Shown one piece after another: positions 54,892 to 62,956 of a stretch of 64,000 bases of DNA. The DNA comes from Actinomycetota bacterium. Lineage in GTDB: Bacteria; Actinomycetota; Acidimicrobiia; Acidimicrobiales; VFJN01. A program made the position numbers and the translations under genes. Positions within the stretch are counted from its first letter, which is position 1; every line of letters begins with the position of its first letter. The notes beneath the pieces are model-generated. The model saw only the letters and a program-made list of their open reading frames with translations. It was not told the DNA's origin and ran no database searches. The stretch lies in NCBI GenBank assembly GCA_046723645.1, contig JBKOUY010000008.1:13264-77263 (forward strand), given 5' to 3'.

Positions 54892-56544
54892 ATGGCACGG
54901 GGAGAGGGGAACGGGGTTGACGCGCCGGTTGTGATCGCGGGAGGCGGGCTGGTCGGGATGGCGTCGGCCGCGTTCCTCGCCTGGCATGGCGTCGCCGCGC
55001 TGGTCGTGGAACGCATGCGGGGCGAATCGCCGCTGCCGCGAGCGGCTCACTTTCATCTGCGCACCCTGGAGCTGCTGCGGGCGATCGGGGTCGAGGAGGA
55101 CGTCAAGCGCCAGTCGGAGCTGGAGTTCGTTCCCGAGGGTGCGATCGTCAGCATGGACTCGCTCGCCGGCCGGAAGCTGGCGGACATCATTCCGAGCCTG
55201 AACGTCGGCGTCGACGACACGCTGAGCCCGTGCCGCCGGCTGTTCGTCACCCAGCCCGGCTTGGAGGCGATCCTGCGACGCCGGGCGGCCGAGGCCGGGG
55301 CCAGGGTGATGGAGGGCTGCGAGGTCGCCGCCGTCGAGCAGGACGGCGACGGGGTGACGGTGGTCGTGAGGGACGTCGACAGCGGCGCCGAGCAGCGGCT
55401 GCGTACCGGCTACCTCGTGGGGGCCGACGGCGCGCACAGCACGGTGCGGGAGGCGCTCCAGATCCCGTTCGACGGGCGGGGGGTCTTCTCCAACAGCCTG
55501 ACGATCTACTTCACGGCCGACCTCGCCCCGCAGATGCTGGGCAAGCCGCTCAGCGTCGTGTACGTGAACAATCCCGTGTTCGGTGGGTTCTTCCGGCTCG
55601 CCAAGGACTGCCAGTCCGGGTTCCTCGTCGTCAACACCGTCGGCGACCCCCGCACCAACCCCGACGCCGCCAACGCGGCGAAGGACACGAGCGCCGAGCG
55701 CATGATCGAGTTCGTCCGTGCCGGCGCGGGCATCCCCGACCTCGACGTGCGGATCGACGGGGTCGCCCGCTGGCGGTCGTCGTCCGACACCGCCCGGCGC
55801 TACCACGACGGGCGGGTCGTGCTCGCCGGCGATGCCGCCCACGTGATGCCGCCGAACGGTGGCTTCGGCGGCAACACCGGCGTCCAGGACGCGTACGACC
55901 TCGCGTGGAAGGTCGCGCTCGTCGTCAAGGGGGTCGCGCCGCCGGCGCTGCTCGCGACCTACGACGCCGAGCGGCGACCGGTCGACAAGTTCACCGTCGA
56001 GCAGGCCTTCACGCGCTACGTCACCCGGACCGCCCCGTACCTCACGGCGACCGATCTCCAGCCTTTCGTGGCCGACCTAGAGATCGAGCTGGGCTACATC
56101 TATCGCTCCCCGGCGATCCTGGCGGACGAGGGCGGCGCGGGCGAAGGCGGCGACGGCGACCAGTCCGACCACGGTGACCCTCGTCTCACCCGCGCGGTGC
56201 CGGGCTCACGCGCGCCCCACCTGTGGCTGGACGGCGACCGCCGCCGACGCTCGACTCTCGATCTCTTCGGCCGCGACTTCGTGCTCCTCGCCGCCCCGGA
56301 CGGCGCGGCATGGTGCGATGCCGCGCCGGCCGCGGCCGTGCCGGGAGTCCGGCTTGCCGCCTACCGCGTCGGTGGCGCCGAGCTCCCGGCGCCAGACGAC
56401 TCGTTCACCGAGGCGTACGGCGTCTCGAGGACGGGCGCCGTCATGGTCCGGCCGGACGGGTTCGTCGCGTGGCGCGCCCACGCCGAGCCCCGGCGCCCGG
56501 CTGAGAGTCTTACCGCCGCCCTCGGCGCGGCCCTGATGCGGTAG
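54892..56544 (+). CDS. FAD-dependent aromatic-ring monooxygenase (PheA/TfdB-like)
   Basis: GxGxxG VVIAGGGLVGMASAAFLAWHG; DG motif YLVGADGAHSTVR; GD motif RVVLAGDAAHVMPPNGGFGGNTGVQDAYDLAWK. Confidence 0.9.
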   Translation: MARGEGNGVDAPVVIAGGGLVGMASAAFLAWHGVAALVVERMRGESPLPRAAHFHLRTLELLRAIGVEEDVKRQSELEFVPEGAIVSMDSLAGRKLADIIPSLNVGVDDTLSPCRRLFVTQPGLEAILRRRAAEAGARVMEGCEVAAVEQDGDGVTVVVRDVDSGAEQRLRTGYLVGADGAHSTVREALQIPFDGRGVFSNSLTIYFTADLAPQMLGKPLSVVYVNNPVFGGFFRLAKDCQSGFLVVNTVGDPRTNPDAANAAKDTSAERMIEFVRAGAGIPDLDVRIDGVARWRSSSDTARRYHDGRVVLAGDAAHVMPPNGGFGGNTGVQDAYDLAWKVALVVKGVAPPALLATYDAERRPVDKFTVEQAFTRYVTRTAPYLTATDLQPFVADLEIELGYIYRSPAILADEGGAGEGGDGDQSDHGDPRLTRAVPGSRAPHLWLDGDRRRRSTLDLFGRDFVLLAAPDGAAWCDAAPAAAVPGVRLAAYRVGGAELPAPDDSFTEAYGVSRTGAVMVRPDGFVAWRAHAEPRRPAESLTAALGAALMR

Positions 56545-56550
56545 CGCCGC

Positions 56551-57102
56551 CTATGGGTTGCGGCCGATGAACGCCAGCAGCCTGGTCTGGACGTCGGCGT
56601 CGCCAGGTACGTCGACGCGTGGCCCGTAGTGGCCGCTCTGGCGCAGCACTTCGTCCATCGGCAGCATGGCCTGCAGCATCTCGGCGCACTTGTCCGGGTC
56701 CAGCGTCTCGTCCTGCCCGGTGGCCCGGGCGAGGTCCCAGCGGTGGAGGAAGACGTCGCCCGTGTAGATCATGTCGATGGCCTGGCCGAGTGGCATCCTG
56801 CCGAGGTGCGGGAGGTCGTGCTCGCGCCCGGCGCTGACGGGGTCGTCGAGCAGCGCCTGCACCGCGTCGGTCTGGGTGCGCCAGGCGCCCACCGGATCGT
56901 CGTCGACCGACGGACCGGCGGCCAGCGTGATCCCGGCCGCCCCCTGAAGGAAGGCGGGGAACCACTCGACGAGGTGGCGGACGACGTCGCGGGCGACCCA
57001 GCCCTCGGGCGGCGCGGGGTAGTCCCACGCCGCCGGGGCTGTGCCCTCGACCGTCGCCGTGAACTCGGCGGCGATGCGCCGATGCTCGTCGGCGACGCCC
57101 AT
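56551..57102 (-). CDS. TIGR03086 / DinB-superfamily (mycothiol maleylpyruvate isomerase N-terminal-like) protein
   Basis: …WVARDVVRHLVEWFPAFL…GRMPLGQAIDMIYTGDVFLHRWDLARATG… ATG 57102 shares one base with the upstream stop (TGATG). Confidence 0.7.
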   Translation of the reverse strand: MGVADEHRRIAAEFTATVEGTAPAAWDYPAPPEGWVARDVVRHLVEWFPAFLQGAAGITLAAGPSVDDDPVGAWRTQTDAVQALLDDPVSAGREHDLPHLGRMPLGQAIDMIYTGDVFLHRWDLARATGQDETLDPDKCAEMLQAMLPMDEVLRQSGHYGPRVDVPGDADVQTRLLAFIGRNP

Positions 57103-57590
57103 CAGAGCTCTGCGAGGAGGGTGTCGAGCTTGGCGTAGCCCTCCTCGACGCCGGTTTCCATGCCGCTGGCCAGCCACTGGTCACGGTCCTCGAAGCTGTC
57201 GACGAGCGACTGGGCGTGCAGCCGGGTGCGGCCGTCGCCGAGGTCCTCGAACCGCAGCGTCTCGAGCGCAACGCCGTCAGGCTGGCCGTCGTACGTGAAG
57301 GTCTGGACGATGCGGTCCTCGCCGACCTCATGGAAGCAACCGTGGAAGCCGTATTCCTCGCCGTCTCGCTCGGCGACGTAGCGCCAGCGGCCGCCGGTGG
57401 TGGCGTCCCAGTCGAGGATCTTGGTCTCCATCCCGTTCGGACCGACCCAGCGGGCAAACAGGTCGGGGTCGGTGTGGGCCCGCATCAGCTGGGTCGGTGT
57501 GGCGTCGAAGTCACGGGTCATGCGGATGATCGGCACGGTCGGATCGGCCTCGATGGAGACCTGGTAGCTGCTGCTGCTGGTGGCGTTCAT
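57102..57590 (-). CDS. SRPBCC/AHSA1 (Aha1-like) family protein
   Basis: …IIRMTRDFDATPTQLMRAHTDPDLFARWVGPNG…GGRWRYVAERDGEEYGFHGCFHEV…. Confidence 0.8.
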   Translation of the reverse strand: MNATSSSSYQVSIEADPTVPIIRMTRDFDATPTQLMRAHTDPDLFARWVGPNGMETKILDWDATTGGRWRYVAERDGEEYGFHGCFHEVGEDRIVQTFTYDGQPDGVALETLRFEDLGDGRTRLHAQSLVDSFEDRDQWLASGMETGVEEGYAKLDTLLAEL

Positions 57591-57958
57591 GACGCTGCTC
57601 CTTGCTGCTGCTGTCGAGGGTGGGTTGGCTGTTCGTCGCCCCGCATCTCAGCGAGGACGGCGTCCAGGCGCTCGTAGCGCTCCTGGGCCTGTTGGCGGTA
57701 TCGCTCGATCCACTTCGTCATCAGGTCGAAGACCTCCGCCTCGAGATGGCACGGCCGCCGCTGGGCGTCCCTGCCCTGGCTCACCAGGCCGGCGTCGGCA
57801 AGCACCTTGATGTGCTTGGACACCGCCTGGATCGAGACGTCGTAGGGCTCCGCCAGCGCTCCAACGGTGGCGTCGCCTACGGCGAGGCGGGCGACGATGT
57901 CGCGCCTCGTCGGATCGGCGAGGGCGGCGAAGACTCGGGACAGCTGGTCGTCGACCAC
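57587..57958 (-). CDS. ArsR/SmtB family transcriptional regulator
   Basis: …VFAALADPTRRDIVARLAVGDATVGALAEPYDVSIQAVSKHIKVLADAGLV… ATGA overlap with the AHSA1 gene. Confidence 0.9.
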   Translation of the reverse strand: MVDDQLSRVFAALADPTRRDIVARLAVGDATVGALAEPYDVSIQAVSKHIKVLADAGLVSQGRDAQRRPCHLEAEVFDLMTKWIERYRQQAQERYERLDAVLAEMRGDEQPTHPRQQQQGAAS

Positions 57959-57970
57959 AGACTCTCCTTA

Positions 57971-57988
57971 CTCAACCGATTGGTTGAG
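57971..57988. promoter_or_regulatory. Palindrome CTCAACC-GATT-GGTTGAG, 13 nt upstream of the arsR start (probable autoregulatory operator)
   Basis: Perfect 7-bp arms. A second related dyad, TCAAC-TG-GTTGA, lies at 58022-58033 in the same promoter region. Confidence 0.55.
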
Positions 57989-58054
57989 AAGAACCTACGC
58001 CTGCCCCACGCCCGTTGTCAATCAACTGGTTGAATAAATGGGGCTCAGTGACGT

Positions 58055-59854
58055 TCAGGAGACCCAACGACGGGCGTTGCGGAGGGCGGTCGCCATGATC
58101 GTCAGCGTGGGGTTGTGGGCGCCGGACGTCGGGAAGACGCTGCCATCGGCGACGAAGAGGTTGTCGAGCTGGTGGAAGCGGCCCACGTCGTCCGTGGCGC
58201 TGACGGCCGGATCGGTGCCCATGCGCATCCCGCCCATGACATGGGCGGTGGTCGGCACGTCGTTGCCGGCCAGCGGGGTGGCGTCGGATGTCAAGTCGGG
58301 CACGGCGGTCACGTGGTCGGCGCCCGCCCGCCGCAGGATCTCGGCCACGTAGGGCCGATAGAACTCCTGGGCCGCCAGCTCGTGGGTGCCGGGTGAGTAC
58401 GTGATCCGGGCGACCGGGTAGCCCCGGAAGTCCCTTACCCGCGGATCGAGGTCGACGGTGTTGCCGCGATAGGGCAGGTCCTCGCCGATCATCTGGATGC
58501 CACACATGCGGTCGCGCAGCACGCTCGAACGCATCAGCTCCTTGAACTCGGTGCCAAAGGGCTTGTCCGGGCGCAACAGGGTGAGCACGAAGCGGTAGGT
58601 GTTGCCCTCACCCAGGGGGAACTGGGTTCCGCCCAGCTCCAGTGTTCCGCCCCGAAGGTAGGGAAGGCCCGCCGCCCGCGCCGCGGCCCGGGCTCCCGGA
58701 AAGCCGGGATCGGCGAAATCGTCGGCCACGTGCGTGGTGGACCGGCCCCGGTGCGCGTGCAACCGTTGGCCGAGGAAGATGCCGGTGCCGTCGGTGAACC
58801 AGTGCTGCATGAAGTGGGTGCCGATGGTGCCGTGCGGGTCAGGCAGCTCGGACAGCTTGGCCAACCGGACCGTCTCGATGGCCAGGCCGGCGAGCACAAC
58901 CAGGTCGCCGGACTCGTGGTGCTCGCGTCCCCGGTCGTCGATCCAGGTCACGCCCGTCACCTTCCGGCCCGAGGTCTCGACCCTCCCCACCCACGACCGC
59001 TCCCGGACCTCGGCCCCGGCGGTCACGGCGCGACGCAGCGGCGCCAGCGCTCCCACCCGGGCCAGGATCGGGCAACCGTGGTTCGAGCACTGCCCGCAGT
59101 TGTTGCAGGCTGGCCGCCCGTCGTACTCGGTGCTGTTGATGGCCATCGGGGCCAGGAACGGGTGCAGCGCCGGCTCGAGCTTTCGGCAGCCCTCCGCCGC
59201 CACCAGCGACGCCAGTTGCGGCGGACCGGGAGGCATCGGCAGTGGCCTGGTCCGCGGGGCGTGCCGCAGGGTCGGTTCCGCCGGGAGGGCATCGATGTCG
59301 CCCGACACGCCGATCAGGTCCTCGACCTCGTCGTACAGCGGTGCGATCTCGGCGTAGGAGAACGGCCAGTCGGCGACGTCGGCGCCGACGATCGGGCCGA
59401 GGAGGCTGAGCTTGCGGAAGTCGATGTCCCAGAAGCGCGGGGTCTTGGCGTCCCAGTGGACGCTGGCCCCGCCGACGGTCTGGGGCAGGTCCTGGACGGC
59501 ACCAACATGGCGCGGCTCTGTGTCGCTCTGGTGCCATCGGTATGTACGGGGCTCGGCGACGGGATCGGGCTTGGCGAAGTGGCGGCGGGCCTTGAGCTCG
59601 TCGCTCGAGAATCGCGACCGGGGTGCGGTGTGGGTGACGTCGTCGAACCAGTTGTCGCCCTTCTCGAGCACGACGACGTCGTAGCCGGCCTCGGCCAGCA
59701 CCATCGCGGCGATCGCGCCGCCGGCACCGCTCCCGACCACGAGCGCTTTTTGGCCGGCCAGTTCAGCCCGCTCTCGACGTCGGGCCAGGGCCCGATGGGG
59801 TCTGCGGCGGCGGCTCGGGCGCGGTCGATGTGATGAGCCGAAGCAGGTCCGCAA
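58055..59854 (-). CDS. GMC family FAD oxidoreductase (large subunit)
   Basis: ALVVGSGAGGAIAAMVLAEAGYDVVVLEKG; C-terminus …HVMGGMRMG…NLFVADGSVFPTSGAHNPTLTIMA. The start is ambiguous: TTG 59854 overlaps the upstream gene by 92 nt, and only CTG/GTG candidates lie near 59770-59745. Confidence 0.85.
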   Translation of the reverse strand: MRTCFGSSHRPRPSRRRRPHRALARRRERAELAGQKALVVGSGAGGAIAAMVLAEAGYDVVVLEKGDNWFDDVTHTAPRSRFSSDELKARRHFAKPDPVAEPRTYRWHQSDTEPRHVGAVQDLPQTVGGASVHWDAKTPRFWDIDFRKLSLLGPIVGADVADWPFSYAEIAPLYDEVEDLIGVSGDIDALPAEPTLRHAPRTRPLPMPPGPPQLASLVAAEGCRKLEPALHPFLAPMAINSTEYDGRPACNNCGQCSNHGCPILARVGALAPLRRAVTAGAEVRERSWVGRVETSGRKVTGVTWIDDRGREHHESGDLVVLAGLAIETVRLAKLSELPDPHGTIGTHFMQHWFTDGTGIFLGQRLHAHRGRSTTHVADDFADPGFPGARAAARAAGLPYLRGGTLELGGTQFPLGEGNTYRFVLTLLRPDKPFGTEFKELMRSSVLRDRMCGIQMIGEDLPYRGNTVDLDPRVRDFRGYPVARITYSPGTHELAAQEFYRPYVAEILRRAGADHVTAVPDLTSDATPLAGNDVPTTAHVMGGMRMGTDPAVSATDDVGRFHQLDNLFVADGSVFPTSGAHNPTLTIMATALRNARRWVS

Positions 59855-60608
59855 CGATGCCGGTCGCAGGCACCGGATCCGGTCCGTCGGAGCTGGTGAC
59901 CTCCTCGGCCCCGTAACCTCGGGGCTGCACGTCGCCGGGGAACTCGATGGACTGCCACATCACCCCGCCGGCGTTGCCGCCATACTCCGGCACGCTGTAG
60001 CAGCCCTCGATCGTGTGCTGGAACAGCAGGTCGGTGAACCCGCGGGTCCCGGCGGGCAGGCGTCGCACCCGGGGGTTCTGTGCCAGCGCCGAATCCTGGT
60101 CGGCTGGCGATGCTGCGGCGAAGTCGCCGCCCGCCAGGAGATCCAGCTGTCTCAGGCCCTCGCGGTAGGCCGCGCCGAGATCGTCGAGCCGGGCGCGCCA
60201 GTGCTTCCTCACGGCGTCGTTGAGTGGAAGGAAGTTCGCCATGTCGTCCCGCTCGCTGCCCCCGCGGTCGCTGAACGGTCCGCCGGCGAAGACCCTCGGG
60301 GGATCTTCCCGGAGCGCACCGAGGAGCATCACGATGTAGTCGGCCGCGTGCGCCTCCCGGGCGCCGGGGTGGCCCGCCTCGGCCGGGTCGTCGTCGGGGC
60401 CCGGCACCAGGCGGGCGGTCGCCGCCTCCAGCACCCCGCGCTCGTGCCCCGTCAGCACCGGGGGCAGTTCCGGTGGCGGCGAGGGGTCGGCGTCTGATGC
60501 GAAGTGGGTCAGGTCAACCCCCCAGCCAGGGCCACCGCCAGCAAGCTCCACTCTGCATGAAGCGACCGCCGCGTGAGCATGACGCGCGGAATCTAACAAA
60601 CATGTCAT
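59763..60608 (-). CDS. Gluconate 2-dehydrogenase subunit 3-like small subunit
   Basis: …LTGHERGVLEAATARLVPGPDDDPAEAGHPGAREAHAADYIVMLL…FQHTIEGCYSVPEYGGNAGGVMWQSIEF… I see no twin-arginine signal. The start is uncertain (ATG 60608 or the GTG near 60554). Confidence 0.7.
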   Translation of the reverse strand: MTCLLDSARHAHAAVASCRVELAGGGPGWGVDLTHFASDADPSPPPELPPVLTGHERGVLEAATARLVPGPDDDPAEAGHPGAREAHAADYIVMLLGALREDPPRVFAGGPFSDRGGSERDDMANFLPLNDAVRKHWRARLDDLGAAYREGLRQLDLLAGGDFAAASPADQDSALAQNPRVRRLPAGTRGFTDLLFQHTIEGCYSVPEYGGNAGGVMWQSIEFPGDVQPRGYGAEEVTSSDGPDPVPATGIVADLLRLITSTAPEPPPQTPSGPGPTSRAG

Positions 60609-60727
60609 GTCCGGGGATTCGGGGAGACGGCCAACCGCGTCCCGTCCCATTGCAGAGGCGCGAGGTCCGTGCGCCCGTTCGGGGTGCCCTGTGCACGCCC
60701 TTGCTGCGATGAACCATTTTCGCCTCT

Positions 60728-62956
60728 GTGCGCTGGTCGTACGCTGGGGTCGTGTCCGAGGCGGGCGTGCTTGCGTGGGCCGGCGCCATCGCCGGCTGGC
60801 TTGCGGCGTTGACGATCGGCACGTTCGTGGTGGTCGGCGCACGCCGGCGCCGGAGCTACGACCCCTGGCGCGACACCATGACCGATCTGGGCGACGGCAC
60901 CGATGCCGTCGCGACCGCCTTCCTCGTGGTCAATCTCGTCGTGGCGGCGTTGCTGGGCGTGCTCGCCTGGGCGGTCCACGACGCGTTCCACGAGTGGCCC
61001 CTCACCATCGCGCTGATCCTGGCCGCGAGCGGATCGCTGATCTTCGGCGTGACGGCCTGCGAGAACAGGTGCCGCTACCCGCTGCGCGCTGGTTGCGCGC
61101 CCGGTTGGCTGTCCACGCTCCATGTCGTCGTCGCCGCCGGTGTTGCCATCGGCATCGTCGTGGCGCCGTTCGTGGCCTGGTTCGCGCTGGTCGACCGCAG
61201 CAGCGAGGTGGACCTGTTCCGCGCCGTGAGCCTGGCCGTCGGCGCCACCGCCACGCTGCTGTTCGGCGTACTGCTGTCGCGCATCCGACGTCGCAACAAG
61301 GACAGCGAGCGGGGGTCGGTGAACCGGGCCCAGGTCGGCCTGTACGAGCGCCTGCTCTGGATGGTGGGCTATGGGTGGGTTGTCATGCTGGCGTGCACTC
61401 TGGTTCGGCCCGGATGGCCGGCGGTGCTGGCGCTGGCATCGTGGCTGGTGCTCGGCCTCCGGTACGTGCTGCGCCCGGACTGGCACGACCCCTCGCCCGA
61501 GTTCTCGCAGGCAGAGTGCCAGCCCAACACATTGACACCATTCAGGGGCCGGGTCGGCATCTTCCGCGTCTGCACGATCAATAACCCTCGAGGGTTCGGC
61601 GACGACCTCCGGAACGCCCTGGAGGACGGACTCGTCACCACTGCCGCCGACGGTGACAAGCGGGCCGTGACGGTTGCCGTCACCGCCCGCGGGCTCGAGA
61701 GGCTCGGGGTCCGCTACCGCTGGCGTGCGCGCTTCGTCGAGGACGCTTTCGGCAAGGGGTTGCGGGAACGGGCCCGCGCTCTGGGCGACGTCGGTCCGAG
61801 CAAACCCGACAGCTGGGACGCCGAGTGGCGTGACCCAGACTGCCTGCATGTGGCGTTCTGGATCCAGGCACAGGACCAGATCACGCTCGCATGGATAGAC
61901 GCGGAGGTGCGCCGCCGCTTCCCGTCGGTGCGGAGGCAGGTGCTGGTGGAGACCGCAGTGCTGGGCCGTCCCAAAGCGAGAACAGAGCACTTCGGGTTCG
62001 TTGACGGTGTCAGCCAGCCGTGGGTCGAGGGCGTCCGGCTGAGTGACGATCGGGACGTACACGGCGTCGGCAAGCTCCGCTCGTCCGTCCCGACCAGCGA
62101 GGACCCCACGCGGGCGCGCAACCGGTGGAAGCCGATCGCGCTCGGCGAGTTCGTCGTCGGGCAGGTCGACGAGACCGGCGACATCTTCCCCGTTCCGAGC
62201 CCGCCAGAGGTGTTCCTCGGCGGGACCTTCCTCGTGGTCCGCAAGCTCCGGCAGGACGTCAAGGGTTTCCGCAACTACGCCGGCCGCAGTGGTGCGCGCC
62301 GCTCGCTTGCCTCGCATCTCGTCGGACGGGCGAGCGACGGCACACCCCTGATTTCGCCGCCCCGGCACGACGGGACGGCGACCGACGGAGACACGGGAAC
62401 GATGGGCGCCGCCAACGAATTCACGTACGGCCACGACCCCGAGGGACTGCTCTGTCCCCTCGGCGCCCACATCCGGCGTGCGAACCCCCGCGACGCAATG
62501 GGCTTCGGGACGACCCTGTCTGCCCGGCGACGCATCATCCGGCGAGGCATGCCCTACGGTCCCCCCTGGGACGACGGGCCCCCGGGCGAAGACCGCGGGC
62601 TGCTGTTCATTGCGTGCAACGTCCGCATCAGCGAGCAGTTCGAGTTCATCCAGCAGCAGTGGTTGAACGACGGGTCCCCGTTCGGGCTCGGCAACATCCC
62701 CGACCCGATCGGCGGCGGCTGGGACCCCGAGCCGCCGCGCGCGATCGCCGTCGGTGGCCGGCCGCCCCTCGTCCGCTCCCCCCTCCCGTCGTTCGTGACG
62801 ACCGCGGGTGGCGAGTACTTCTTCGTCCCCTCGATCCCTGGGCTGCGGGCGCTCGCCAGCCGCGCGGCTACGGCGTCAGGCAAGCGCGACGTCGAAGCGT
62901 CCGAGCAGCCCGGCACTGCGCGCAGCGATGCCGGCGAGCCCGTGGCGCTCGGCTGA
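60728..62956 (+). CDS. Fusion protein: DUF998-like polytopic membrane domain plus long DyP-type haem peroxidase
   Basis: N-terminal ~250 aa has about 7 hydrophobic segments and a DUF998-like YDPWRDTMTDLG motif. The C-terminal ~480 aa has the DyP motifs FGFVDGVSQP (GXXDG), CPLGAHIRRANPRD, IIRRGMPYG, LLFIACNVRISEQFEFIQQQW, GGEYFFVPS. Confidence 0.8.
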   Translation: MRWSYAGVVSEAGVLAWAGAIAGWLAALTIGTFVVVGARRRRSYDPWRDTMTDLGDGTDAVATAFLVVNLVVAALLGVLAWAVHDAFHEWPLTIALILAASGSLIFGVTACENRCRYPLRAGCAPGWLSTLHVVVAAGVAIGIVVAPFVAWFALVDRSSEVDLFRAVSLAVGATATLLFGVLLSRIRRRNKDSERGSVNRAQVGLYERLLWMVGYGWVVMLACTLVRPGWPAVLALASWLVLGLRYVLRPDWHDPSPEFSQAECQPNTLTPFRGRVGIFRVCTINNPRGFGDDLRNALEDGLVTTAADGDKRAVTVAVTARGLERLGVRYRWRARFVEDAFGKGLRERARALGDVGPSKPDSWDAEWRDPDCLHVAFWIQAQDQITLAWIDAEVRRRFPSVRRQVLVETAVLGRPKARTEHFGFVDGVSQPWVEGVRLSDDRDVHGVGKLRSSVPTSEDPTRARNRWKPIALGEFVVGQVDETGDIFPVPSPPEVFLGGTFLVVRKLRQDVKGFRNYAGRSGARRSLASHLVGRASDGTPLISPPRHDGTATDGDTGTMGAANEFTYGHDPEGLLCPLGAHIRRANPRDAMGFGTTLSARRRIIRRGMPYGPPWDDGPPGEDRGLLFIACNVRISEQFEFIQQQWLNDGSPFGLGNIPDPIGGGWDPEPPRAIAVGGRPPLVRSPLPSFVTTAGGEYFFVPSIPGLRALASRAATASGKRDVEASEQPGTARSDAGEPVALG

